A stretch of 64,000 nt of DNA from Dehalococcoidia bacterium (GTDB lineage Bacteria; Chloroflexota; Dehalococcoidia; Lucifugimonadales; SHYT01): positions 128,958 to 192,957 of the forward strand of contig SHXZ01000003.1 of assembly GCA_009693045.1 (NCBI GenBank), written 5' to 3'. Position 1 is the stretch's first letter; every line of letters begins with the position of its first letter. Shown in pieces: positions 38,570 to 47,745 of this stretch. A model generated the notes under the pieces. It was not told where the DNA came from and did not search any database. It saw only the letters and a list, made by a program, of their open reading frames with translations. Both the position numbers and the translations under genes were made by a program.

Positions 38570-39523
38570 CTACTGCTCAAGCTCCGTAATCATGCTGCCG
38601 ACGGAGAGGCCCGCGTGGATGCGCCGGATCGCCTCGCCCAGCATCGGCGCAATGGACACCGTGTGCACCTTCCGCCAGTCTGTGGGCTGCGGCATAGAGT
38701 CGGTCACCACCAGCGCCTTGATGGGGCTGGAACTGATACGCTCCTTGGCCGGGCCGGAGAAGACCCCGTGGCTCGCGCACGCGTACACCTCGCGCGCACC
38801 CGCCTGTACCATCGCCTGCGCCGCGTTCACCAGAGACCCGGCGGTGTCCACCTCGTCGTCAAACGCGATGGCCGTCTTGCCTTTCACGTCGCCGATGACG
38901 TTGAGCACCTCGGACTTGCTGTCGTTGCCGGAGCGCCGCTTCTCCACGATGGCCAGCGGCACGCCCAGCCGCTCGGCGAAGTTGCGCGCCTTCTTGCTGA
39001 TGCCGATGTCCACGGCCACCAGCACCGGGTCCGCCAGCTCCTGGCGCCGGAGATAGCGCACGAACAGCGGCAGCGCCGAAAGCTCGTCGACCGGCACGCT
39101 GAAGAACCCCTGGATCTGTCCGGCGTGCAGGTCCAGCGTCAGCACCCGGTTGGCGCCCGCCACCTGCAGCAGGTCCGCGAGCAGCCGCGCCGTGATAGGC
39201 ACGCGCGGCTGGTCCTTCTTGTCGGTCCGCCCGTAGGCGTAGTAGGGGATGACCGCGGTGATGCGCTCCGCCGACGCCCGCTTGGCCGCGTCTATCATGA
39301 TCAACAGCTCCATGATCCGGTCGTTCACGGGCCGCGAGAACGGCTGCACCAGGAACACATCGCGCCCGCGGATGTTCTCTTGGTACTGCACAAAGGTGTT
39401 GTCGTTGGAGAACTTGAACACCTGCGCCTGCCCCAGCGGGGTGCCCAGGTACTCGCAGATGGACTGGGCCAGCGCCGGATGCGCCGTGCCGGTGAACACC
39501 CGGAGGTCCTCAGCAACTGGCAA
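38570..39523 (-). CDS. prs: ribose-phosphate pyrophosphokinase
   Basis: PYYAYGRTDKK, LDLHAGQIQGFF, DDEVDTAGS. Confidence 0.96.
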   Translation of the reverse strand: MPVAEDLRVFTGTAHPALAQSICEYLGTPLGQAQVFKFSNDNTFVQYQENIRGRDVFLVQPFSRPVNDRIMELLIMIDAAKRASAERITAVIPYYAYGRTDKKDQPRVPITARLLADLLQVAGANRVLTLDLHAGQIQGFFSVPVDELSALPLFVRYLRRQELADPVLVAVDIGISKKARNFAERLGVPLAIVEKRRSGNDSKSEVLNVIGDVKGKTAIAFDDEVDTAGSLVNAAQAMVQAGAREVYACASHGVFSGPAKERISSSPIKALVVTDSMPQPTDWRKVHTVSIAPMLGEAIRRIHAGLSVGSMITELEQ

Positions 39524-39650
39524 CGCGTTCCCCCTCGGCGGCAGTTTTATGCGCGGCGATTATAGCACACGCCACGCTCGCCCCGGCCTGGCGACGCCCG
39601 CCACGACGCTGCCGCCTGGGGTCTCTTTCTTGCCTTCCAGAGGGCGTGTA

Positions 39651-39702
39651 CGGATTCTTCGCCTCCGTCCCGATTGCATCGGGACTCCGGCTCAGAATGA
39701 CG
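39651..39702. repeat. GATTCTTCG...CTCAGAATGAC REP family
   Basis: other copies near 2200, 26741, 42068, 52143, 59893, 62554. Confidence 0.8.
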
Positions 39703-40040
39703 GAGAGTTGTTTGGGTTGTTATCGGGCGCTCGTGCGGCTTGGGGGAACGTTGTTTTACAGGCATTTCGCTTCCGCTTTGGGCGGTGGGCACCGGCGGGG
39801 TGTCGCAGGTTTGGCGCCCCAAGAATGCTCAAATCAATTGCGTCTGCCGCCATGGGGCGCGAGTGCAGCGCGGACGTGCGGAGGGCATAGCTTTTCACCA
39901 TGCATCCAGGGTAACGCAGGGCGGCGGGCGGCGGGAAGGGGCAAGTTTGCAGTGGTGGTTCCCAGCGCCGGGGCGCTTCCCCCAGACCCCCCGGGCGGCT
40001 ACACTGGGGCCAGTTCCACCTGAGCACGAGGGACACGGGC

Positions 40041-40481
40041 ATGGTTGGGCGGCTCTTTAGCAGGTCACGAGGCGGCGAGGCCGAGGCGCTGGCGCGCATT
40101 GAGCGGGCGCGCCGGGAGAAAGCGACCGAACTGGGCGGGCTCACCGCCCTGCCCGATGCCATCGGCCAGCTCGCCCAGCTTCGGGCGCTGCGCGTCTCCA
40201 ACAACAAGCTCGCCGCCCTGCCCGACGCCCTCGGCCAGCTCACCCAGCTTCGGGATCTGTACGTCTCCAACAACAATCTCGCCAAGCTGCCCGAGTCTCT
40301 CAAGAAGCTCACGTCGTTGAGGGAACTGTACCTCCACGGGAACGACCGGCTGGGCATCCCGCGCGAAGTGCTTGGACCTACTTCGCTCGGACCTCCTTCG
40401 TTTGACGTCATTGGGGAGAACGCCACACCCGCCAGTCCCGCCGCCATCCTGGACTACTACTTCCGCGTCCGCGAACTGTAA
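40041..40481 (+). pseudogene. leucine-rich repeat protein, truncated LRR-Roc-COR type
   Basis: 23-aa LRRs (LPDAIGQLAQLRALRVSNNKL); AILDYYFR followed after the stop by in-frame DRRPLN. Confidence 0.75.
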
Positions 40482-40738
40482 GACCGCCGCCCCCTCAACG
40501 CATACCGTCCCTCTCACCCTTCTGCGCCATCGCAAAATCTGCGGACACGCCTTCCCCGTCCCGCCGCCGTCTGCTAGAATAGCTTCCTTGTTGGGCGCAC
40601 CCGCTTCCGCCACCATCTTCCCCTTCCGCTGAAGGAAGGGGCCAGGGGTTGGGCCTGTCCTGAGTGGCGCGAAGGACCCGCCGAGAGGAGTGGTACCGCC
40701 ACCGCATCCTGAAGTTAGACCACCTGGAGGGAGCAAAA

Positions 40739-42022
40739 GTGCCAGCCTACGCGATCATCGGGGGCCAGTGGGGCGACGAGGGCAAGGGGAAAGTCATAGA
40801 CTACCTCTCCCGCAATGCCCACGTCGTCGCACGCTACGCCGGCGGCAACAACGCCGGCCACACCGTGCTGAACGAGCAGGGCGAGTTCCGCCTCCACCTC
40901 GTGCCCTCCGGCGTCTTCTGGCCCCAGGTCACGCCCGTCATCGGCAACGGCGTCGTGGTGGATCCCAACGTGCTGCTGGAAGAGATGGACATGCTCGTCG
41001 GACGCGGCGTGGACGTATCCCGCCTCCAGGTCAGCGAGCGCGCCCACGTCATTATGCCGTACCACGTCAAGCTGGACCTGCTGGAGGAGCAGGCGCGCGG
41101 AGGCGGCGCCCTGGGCACCACCGGACGCGGCGTCGGCCCCGCCTACGTGGACAAGGCCGCCCGCCTCGGCATCCGCGTCGGCGACCTTCTGGACGACGAG
41201 AACCTCCCTGGCGTCCTTGGACGCGCGCTTGCCCAGAAGAACCGCCTCCTCACCCGCATGTACGACGCCGAGCCCTTCGCACTCGCGGACCTCGTCGCCA
41301 CCTGCCGCGCCTGGACCGAGCGGCTACGGCCGTACGTCGCGTCCGTGGACGTCACCATCGCCCTCGCGCTGGCCGACGGCAAGAACGTCCTGCTGGAAGG
41401 CGCGCAGGGTGCCCTCCTGGACGTGGACCACGGCACCTACCCGTTCGTCACGTCGTCCAACCCCACCGTCGGCGGCGCCATCGTCGGCCTTGGCCTCAAC
41501 CCGATGGCGCTGAAAGGCGTCACCGGTATCTACAAGGCGTACACGACGCGCGTGGGCGCAGGCCCCTTCCCCACCGAGCTGAACGACGCCATCGGCGATC
41601 AGATCCGCCAGCGCGCGTGGGAGTACGGCACGACCACGGGCCGCGCCCGCCGCTGCGGCTGGTTTGACGCCGTGGCCGCGCGGCATAGCGCCACCGTCAA
41701 CGGATTCACGTCGGCCATTGTGACGCGACTGGACGTGCTGGAGGGCATCACGCCGCTCAAGGTCTGCGTGGCGTACCAGGTGGACGGCCAGCGCACGACG
41801 GTCTTCCCCGGCGCGGACGCTCTGGCTCGCGCCGTGCCGGTGTACGAGGAGCTGTCCGGCTGGACAGAGCCCACCGCGGGCCTGACGCGCTGGGACGGCC
41901 TGCCGCGCAACGCGCAGCGCTACGTGACCCGCCTCGGCGAGCTCATCGGGGCACCCGTCGCCGTCATCTCCACGGGGCCGAACAGGCACGAGACGATTGA
42001 ACTGGCGAAGGTGATGGGGTAA
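40739..42022 (+). CDS. purA: adenylosuccinate synthase
   Basis: GQWGDEGKGK, GGNNAGHT, EGAQG, EYGTTTGRARRCGWFD. Confidence 0.98.
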   Translation: MPAYAIIGGQWGDEGKGKVIDYLSRNAHVVARYAGGNNAGHTVLNEQGEFRLHLVPSGVFWPQVTPVIGNGVVVDPNVLLEEMDMLVGRGVDVSRLQVSERAHVIMPYHVKLDLLEEQARGGGALGTTGRGVGPAYVDKAARLGIRVGDLLDDENLPGVLGRALAQKNRLLTRMYDAEPFALADLVATCRAWTERLRPYVASVDVTIALALADGKNVLLEGAQGALLDVDHGTYPFVTSSNPTVGGAIVGLGLNPMALKGVTGIYKAYTTRVGAGPFPTELNDAIGDQIRQRAWEYGTTTGRARRCGWFDAVAARHSATVNGFTSAIVTRLDVLEGITPLKVCVAYQVDGQRTTVFPGADALARAVPVYEELSGWTEPTAGLTRWDGLPRNAQRYVTRLGELIGAPVAVISTGPNRHETIELAKVMG

Positions 42023-42152
42023 CACCGCTCATCCTGAGCTTGTCGAAGGGTGAACAGCCCAGCCGGCGTCATTCTGAGCACACCGAAGAATCCGTTCCTG
42101 ACGTTCCGCAGCCATGACCCTGCGCTATGATGCACCCAAAGCGAGAGTGTTC

Positions 42153-42389
42153 ATGGACGCGAAACTGACGTTCCGGTACGACCGCATCGGTGACATCCTC
42201 TACATTGACAAGTGCCCGCCGTACCCCGAACAAGAGTCCGAGGAGATCGGGGACGAAGTGGTTGCGCGTCTCAATCCAAAGACCGGTGAGATTGAGACGC
42301 TGGAGATCCTCTTCTTCAACTCGCGCTTACGGCAAGGCGAAACGATTGACCTGCCCGTGGATGCCGACCTGCGCCTGGTGGCAAGTTGA
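42153..42389 (+). CDS. DUF2283-like small protein
   Basis: FRYDRIGDILYI...SEEIGDEVVARLN..GEIETLEIL. Confidence 0.75.
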   Translation: MDAKLTFRYDRIGDILYIDKCPPYPEQESEEIGDEVVARLNPKTGEIETLEILFFNSRLRQGETIDLPVDADLRLVAS

Positions 42390-42391
42390 CG

Positions 42392-42466
42392 CGCTGCCCC
42401 GTCGCCGTCATCTCCACCGGCCCGCACCGGCACGAGACCATTGAGCTGCACAAGGTGGGGGGGTAG
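42392..42466 (+). repeat. displaced, diverged copy of the purA 3' end
   Basis: encodes CPVAVISTGPHRHETIELHKVGG* versus purA APVAVISTGPNRHETIELAKVMG*. Confidence 0.9.
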
Positions 42467-42478
42467 GATAAAGCGGCT

Positions 42479-42685
42479 ATGAGCACTACCAAGCGAAAAC
42501 AAGTTCGGATTATCCTGGAAAACGGCAAGCCAGCGGCCGGCATTCTGGATATTGCTGCTTATCGCAAGCTGCTAGAACGCCCCGAGGACGCCCAGGACCT
42601 GAAAATGCTGGAGCGGATGCGCAAGAAGCCGCTCAAGTTCCGCAAGTTAGACGAGTTCCTTGCGGAGAACCGCCCGCGTGTATGA
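42479..42685 (+). CDS. putative antitoxin (RelB/Phd-like)
   Basis: ENGKPAAGILDIAAYRKLLE..ED..DL; overlaps the RelE-like ORF. Confidence 0.7.
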   Translation: MSTTKRKQVRIILENGKPAAGILDIAAYRKLLERPEDAQDLKMLERMRKKPLKFRKLDEFLAENRPRV

Positions 42686-42875
42686 AGTCCTCATCGAGCG
42701 TCACGCTGAACGCGATCAGAAACGGCTCTCCCTCGAAAACTACGGGCATGTTGTCCCGGCCATCCAGGCGCTTGCCCTCAACCCCAGGCCAACCAACTCC
42801 CGCAAGCTCTCCGGCTCCCCCGCCGACTTTCGCCCCTGCACGAGACTTACGCTATTGCTTGGGGTCGATTGCTAA
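42678..42875 (+). pseudogene. RelE/ParE toxin, C-terminally truncated
   Basis: YEVLIERHAERD.KRL...I.ALA.NPRP...RKLSG; the expected RIRVGDYR half is absent. Confidence 0.75.
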
Positions 42876-43424
42876 GCTTTCCAAGAACTTTTGCAAGCGT
42901 TGAACCTCGGCCGTTTTCAAATCCGGAGGCAGATTGAGGTATGCTAGCTGGCTTTCGCAAAGTGGGAATGAGTAATGGATTAAACCAACGTTCTCATTAT
43001 TGAGACGCTTGCCGATGCGGCCGCTTTGGACACGGCCAGGCGCTTCATTTCTTTCTCCCACCGAAGCCTTCTCGCGGGGAGTTTGTTCTCGTGCAGCAGG
43101 TTTCCAAGCCGCGGGGTTGTCTAAGTACGCCAGGTAGGAAGGCAAAGCCGTGCGAAAACGCCGGGTATAAGCGTGCAAGCTCTCTGGCTTATACTTAGTC
43201 TTCCTTAGATTCTGGAAACGTCGAATGACGTCCTCCACGTCCAAGCTACGCAGATCAGCTTGCTCCCAGTCGTCAAGCACGCCAAGCACTTCAGAACAAG
43301 CGGCCCGCAGCGTCGCAGCTGTGTTCTGGTTGAGCAAGCCCTTCTGCGATGCCCACCCCCAGAAATCCACTATGCCCCGGCCATTTGGCCCAAGCTCGGC
43401 CTTGGATTTGACAGACGTCACCAT
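42852..43424 (-). CDS. hypothetical helical protein, low GC
   Basis: WASQKGLLNQNTAATLRAA, DVIRRFQNL, YKPESL..Y..R; C-terminal LPPDLKTAEVQRL. Confidence 0.75.
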   Translation of the reverse strand: MVTSVKSKAELGPNGRGIVDFWGWASQKGLLNQNTAATLRAACSEVLGVLDDWEQADLRSLDVEDVIRRFQNLRKTKYKPESLHAYTRRFRTALPSYLAYLDNPAAWKPAAREQTPREKASVGERNEAPGRVQSGRIGKRLNNENVGLIHYSFPLCESQLAYLNLPPDLKTAEVQRLQKFLESLAIDPKQ

Positions 43425-43586
43425 TCCAGTTCTCCATCCACAAATTTTCCTAACCGTCCTAACTATTCATTTGCTCCGTGTCAAGTATCTGAATCTGGAT
43501 TGACAGTTTTATCAAATAGAACGTACGAACTGAGTACAATCCGGAAGGATTCGGAGTTGCCAGTTAGTGCGGCTGCTCTACCATCC

Positions 43587-43624
43587 GGGGAGCCCGAGGG
43601 GCTCGCAGTCCCTCGGCGTACCCC
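43587..43624. repeat. two-copy palindromic repeat
   Basis: GGGAGCCCGAGGGGCT.GCAGTCCCTCGGCGTACCC; inverted copy at about 52059..52095. Confidence 0.75.
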
Positions 43625-43714
43625 GTTCCCCACCAACCAGAGAAGGCGCCCCGGTCCCCCGGAGCGCCTTCTCTCCTCAATCCCTAGAATCTGGGTAATC
43701 TGCGGATTGGTCCC

Positions 43715-44620
43715 CTACGCCGCCGCGCCCACCGGCAAGTCCACCTTGTACTGCGCCAGCAGGCCGTCAAGCTGCTGCGCCTCCTTCTCGCTCGGAGGCA
43801 CCAGCGGCAGCCGAGGTATCCCAACGCGGAACCCCGCCTTGTTCACCAGGTACTTCACCGGAATGGGGTTGGACACGATGAACAGCCCCTTGAACATGGC
43901 GTGCAGCCGGCGGTGCTCCGCGGCGGCCTTCTCTACCTGCCCGTCCAGCACGTACCCGATCATCTGCTTGATCTGCGCGCCCACCAGGTGCGACGCCACG
44001 CTCACGATGCCGTAGCCGCCCACCGCGACGATGTAGAACGTCTCGTTGTCGTTGCCGCTCCACACGTGGAAGCCGGGCCGCGCGCCATCCACCACGCGTG
44101 TCACCTGGTCCATGTCGCCGCCCGCTTCCTTGACGCCGCAGATGTTCTCAATGGCGCTCAGGCGGATGATGGTCTCGTGGGTCATGTTCAGGCTGGTGCG
44201 GCTGGGCACGTTGTAGAGCAGCACCGGCACGTGCACCGCGCCAGCGATGGCCTTGAAGTGCTGGTACAGCCCCTCTTGCGGCGGCTTGTTGTAGTACGGG
44301 ACGACGGCCATCACCGCATCCACGCCCTGCTTCTCCGCCTCGCGGGAAAACTCCACGCTCTCCCGCGTGTCGTAGTTGCCGGTGCCCGCGACGACGTTGC
44401 CGCGGTTCCCCAGCGCCGACTTCACCTCGGCGAAGAGGTGCAGCTTCTCGTCGTGCGACAGTGTCGGCGACTCGCCCGTCGTCCCCGCGACGACGACGCC
44501 GTCGCTCCCCGAGTCCACCAGCGCCTTCGCGAGACGCCCCGCCTGCTTGAAGTCCACCTTCCCCGAGTCGTCCATCGGGGTCACCATCGCGGTCAGGACG
44601 CGTCCCAGCTCCTTCGCCAT
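43715..44620 (-). CDS. dapA: 4-hydroxy-tetrahydrodipicolinate synthase
   Basis: GTTGES, PYYNKP, YNVPSRT, GVKEA, NPIPVK. Confidence 0.97.
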   Translation of the reverse strand: MAKELGRVLTAMVTPMDDSGKVDFKQAGRLAKALVDSGSDGVVVAGTTGESPTLSHDEKLHLFAEVKSALGNRGNVVAGTGNYDTRESVEFSREAEKQGVDAVMAVVPYYNKPPQEGLYQHFKAIAGAVHVPVLLYNVPSRTSLNMTHETIIRLSAIENICGVKEAGGDMDQVTRVVDGARPGFHVWSGNDNETFYIVAVGGYGIVSVASHLVGAQIKQMIGYVLDGQVEKAAAEHRRLHAMFKGLFIVSNPIPVKYLVNKAGFRVGIPRLPLVPPSEKEAQQLDGLLAQYKVDLPVGAAA

Positions 44621-44637
44621 CGCTGCCTCCTCTCGCG

Positions 44638-45021
44638 TTACGTTGGGTCTATTCTAACTCTTTGGGCGGGGCCGTCCAGTGTCACGCGCCACCTGTTGAG
44701 GACATTTCTGCCGAGGAGCGCAAAGGGGTTGCGCCACCCGATGACCCTCGTGACCCAGGTCTCACCGCTGCTCAGGGCCATCTGAACGATAAACACGGGC
44801 GACGGACTTGACACCTGTCCAACGCCGCGCACCTCTACCAGGTCCACCTGTTGAAGGCCAAACCGCTCAACGAGGCCTTGGGGTATCGCCGAAAGCGCGG
44901 AACCTGTGTCCAATAGCGCGACAACACGCTCCGCCGCTGAGGAACCCACCGCCTGGACGACCACTTCTACCGTGGGCGCCGGTGGTACAAACCCAGCGTC
45001 ATAGGCGGTTTCTAGCGTCAC
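44638..45021 (-). CDS. retropepsin-like aspartyl protease
   Basis: ALLDTGS catalytic motif, ALLGRNVL. Confidence 0.85.
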   Translation of the reverse strand: MTLETAYDAGFVPPAPTVEVVVQAVGSSAAERVVALLDTGSALSAIPQGLVERFGLQQVDLVEVRGVGQVSSPSPVFIVQMALSSGETWVTRVIGWRNPFALLGRNVLNRWRVTLDGPAQRVRIDPT

Positions 45022-46355
45022 TGGGCTGGTATAACCGTGATCAAGCTGGGCATCTCTATCGTTCGGTCTTCGCGAGTCACATGCGGCATGAGGGTGTCTC
45101 TGTGCCCATACTTTGCAAAGACGCGAGGCGCCAGTTTCCCAAAGTCCGGGTCGCTGTCCACGACCCTGCCGCCAATGATGGCAACGTAGACGCCCCCGTA
45201 CTTGAGGAGGAGTTCGCTCTTGTGGGCCTTGTACCAGCGGAAGTCCTCTTCAAATGTGCTGTTCGCTTGCGCGTGCGCCTTGGCAGGTTGACGGCCAGCC
45301 TCGGTATTCTTTTGAGAGGAACGCGCCTGCGAGCGGCCCGCCGGCAGCAGCTCCCGGCGCTGCATCTCCTCGGCGATCTGGATGGCGTTCAGCGCCGCGC
45401 CCTTCCGCAGGTTGTCCGAGACGACCCAGAACGCCAGCCCGTTGGGGTGCGAGGCGTCCTGCCGGATGCGCCCCACCCACGTCTCGTCGGTGCCGGCGGC
45501 CTGGAGCGGCATCGGGTACTCCGACTGCTCCGGTCGGTCGAGCACCTTCACGCCGGGCATCCGCGAGAGCAGCTCCCGCGCCTCGGCGGCGGTCATCGGG
45601 CGGTCAAACTCCACGTGGACGGCCTCGCTGTGGCAGACCTGCACCGGCACGCGCACGCACGTTGAGGAGATGGGCAGGTCCGGCAGGTGCAGGATCTTCC
45701 GCGTCTCCTGCACCATCTTCCACTCTTCCCTGGTGTACCCGTTGTCTAGGAAGCTGTCCACCTGGGGGAGCAGGTTGAACGCGATGGGGTGCGGGTACGC
45801 CTTGGGCGGATGCTCCCGCCCGTCAAGCGCCGCGCGGCTCTGCTCGGTCAGCTCGTCCATGGCGGCCCGCCCGGTGCCGGAGACGGCCTGGTACGTGGCG
45901 ACGGTCACGCGCTTAATCTCCGCCCCCTGCCGCAAGGCGTGGAGGGTCATCGCAAGCGGCGTCGTGGTGCAGTTGGGGATGGAGACGATGCCCTTGTGGC
46001 GCTCCAGGTCGTCGTCGTTGACCTCCGGCACCACCAGCGGCACGTCCGTCTCCATGCGGAACACCGAGCTGTCGTCAATGGCGACGGCGCCCGCCTGCGC
46101 CGCCTGCGGGCACGCGACCTTACTGATGCTGCCGTCCGCGGAGACGAAGGCAATGTCCGCGCCCTTGAAGGTGTCCGGGCCGAGCGCCTCCACGGTGTAC
46201 TCTTTGCCCCGCACGCGAATGCGCTTGCCCACAGACCTGGGCGACGCGACCAGCTTGAGGTCCATGACCGGGAACTTTCGCTGCTCCAGCACCTTCAAGA
46301 AGACGGTGCCGACAGCCCCGGTGGCCCCGACGACGACGACGTTCAAGCCTGCCAC
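45018..46355 (-). CDS. asd: aspartate-semialdehyde dehydrogenase fused to a DUF5678-like domain
   Basis: VGATGAVG, PNCTT, YQAVSGTG, CVRVPV, DNLRKGAALNA; no stop until after KYGGVYVAIIGGRVVDSDPD. Confidence 0.9.
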   Translation of the reverse strand: MAGLNVVVVGATGAVGTVFLKVLEQRKFPVMDLKLVASPRSVGKRIRVRGKEYTVEALGPDTFKGADIAFVSADGSISKVACPQAAQAGAVAIDDSSVFRMETDVPLVVPEVNDDDLERHKGIVSIPNCTTTPLAMTLHALRQGAEIKRVTVATYQAVSGTGRAAMDELTEQSRAALDGREHPPKAYPHPIAFNLLPQVDSFLDNGYTREEWKMVQETRKILHLPDLPISSTCVRVPVQVCHSEAVHVEFDRPMTAAEARELLSRMPGVKVLDRPEQSEYPMPLQAAGTDETWVGRIRQDASHPNGLAFWVVSDNLRKGAALNAIQIAEEMQRRELLPAGRSQARSSQKNTEAGRQPAKAHAQANSTFEEDFRWYKAHKSELLLKYGGVYVAIIGGRVVDSDPDFGKLAPRVFAKYGHRDTLMPHVTREDRTIEMPSLITVIPAQ

Positions 46356-46528
46356 GTTCGCCTCTCCCTCACAGTCATTTCTACCGATGGTACCACGGAA
46401 CCGGCGGAGGTTCCAAGCCATCCTCGGGTTTGTCATACTCGAGCAAACCAAAGCCGTGATACCGTGCCCCGTACGCAACAACTCCTAACGATGCTATGCT
46501 ACTCGTATTATGGGTTTTAGGAGCTCTT

Positions 46529-46747
46529 ATGAAACTGCCTGTCGTCATCACCATGGACGAAGATGGCAAGTACACGGCTGAGGTCCCGATCATTCCGGGC
46601 TGCATATCAGCCGGGGATACGTACCAAGAGGCGCTGGCGAACATTAAAGACGCCATAGCCTTATGTCTCGCCTCTCGTGAAGAGGAAGGCTGGCAACTCC
46701 CTGTTCAGACCTTTATTGAGCATGTTGAAATAGAACTTGCCGCCTAG
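46529..46747 (+). CDS. HicB-family antitoxin
   Basis: DEDGKYTAEVP.IPGCISAGDTYQEALANIKDAI. Confidence 0.9.
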   Translation: MKLPVVITMDEDGKYTAEVPIIPGCISAGDTYQEALANIKDAIALCLASREEEGWQLPVQTFIEHVEIELAA

Positions 46748-46972
46748 ATGCCTCCCACGCCACTGCTGACGTTTGATGAGACGCTTGCTGGATTGCATCA
46801 GTTCGGGTACAGAGTAGCTCGTCAGACAGGTAGCCACGTCCGTCTCCGGGCTCCTGGCCGCCCTCCTGTGACTGTGCCACGGAAACGTGAGATTCCTCGG
46901 GGTACCTTGCGCGCTATTCTCAAGGCTGCCGACATTTCACAGGACGCATTCGTCCAGGCCTTGAGCAGGTAA
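46748..46972 (+). CDS. HicA-family toxin
   Basis: RQTGSHVRL, VTVP, IPRGTLRAIL. Confidence 0.9.
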   Translation: MPPTPLLTFDETLAGLHQFGYRVARQTGSHVRLRAPGRPPVTVPRKREIPRGTLRAILKAADISQDAFVQALSR

Positions 46973-47629
46973 CTACAGCAGTGCCGCCGCCTCGCGGTGG
47001 CCACGCTCCTCGGCCATGTCGCGCGGCGTCTTGCCATCGTTGCTCTTGATGTCTTTTCGCGCGCCCTTGCCCAGCAGCAACTTCAGCATCGCCGCGTTCC
47101 CGTGCACGGCTGCCTTGTGGAGGGGCGTGTAGCCTCCCGCGCTCTGCACGTTCGGGTCCGCGCCGTGCGCCAGAAGCACCTCCGCGGCACCCGGCTCCCC
47201 AGCCGCGATGGCGGCGTCCAGCGCGGTGTTCTGATTGCGGCTGTCCATGACCAAGTCTACCTCCGCGCCGCGTTCCAGCAGAAACTCAACGGCTTCCTTG
47301 TTGCCGAAGAACGCCGCCAGGCCCAGCGGCGTGAATCCCTCCCGCGACGTGGCGTTCATCATGACCGCTCGCGCGCGCTTGGTGGAGAGCAGCTTTTTGA
47401 GCCGCTTCACGTCGCCCACCGCCGACGCGTCAAAGACGTCCATTTCCGCGCCCGCAGCCAGCAGCGCCTCAAGCACGGCGCTCTGGCCGCGATAGACGGC
47501 GTTGAGCACCGCCGTCGCGCCCCGCTCGTCCGTGGCATTAGCGAGCATCGGGTCTGCAACGAGCATGGCCTTCACGGCGTCCACGCGCCCGGCCCGCACT
47601 GCCGACATGAACTCCATCGCCATCGTCAT
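46973..47629 (-). CDS. ankyrin repeat protein
   Basis: GFTPLGLAAFFG, GYTPLHKAA, GKTPRDMA. Confidence 0.92.
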   Translation of the reverse strand: MTMAMEFMSAVRAGRVDAVKAMLVADPMLANATDERGATAVLNAVYRGQSAVLEALLAAGAEMDVFDASAVGDVKRLKKLLSTKRARAVMMNATSREGFTPLGLAAFFGNKEAVEFLLERGAEVDLVMDSRNQNTALDAAIAAGEPGAAEVLLAHGADPNVQSAGGYTPLHKAAVHGNAAMLKLLLGKGARKDIKSNDGKTPRDMAEERGHREAAALL

Positions 47630-47745
47630 GGTGCTACCCTCACCTCATTCGCTGTGGCTCGGTGCAGTCTCTAACCCTCTCCCCTTGTGCGAGAGGGTTA
47701 GAGACTGCTTAGCACATCACGGCCCCGGACCCGCTCCACCTTGCC

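Noticed and set aside
40688-40700. T-box-like GAGTGGTACCGC upstream of purA
   Set aside because: No stem I or terminator, unusual gene class, and adjacent to REP fragments; likely chance.
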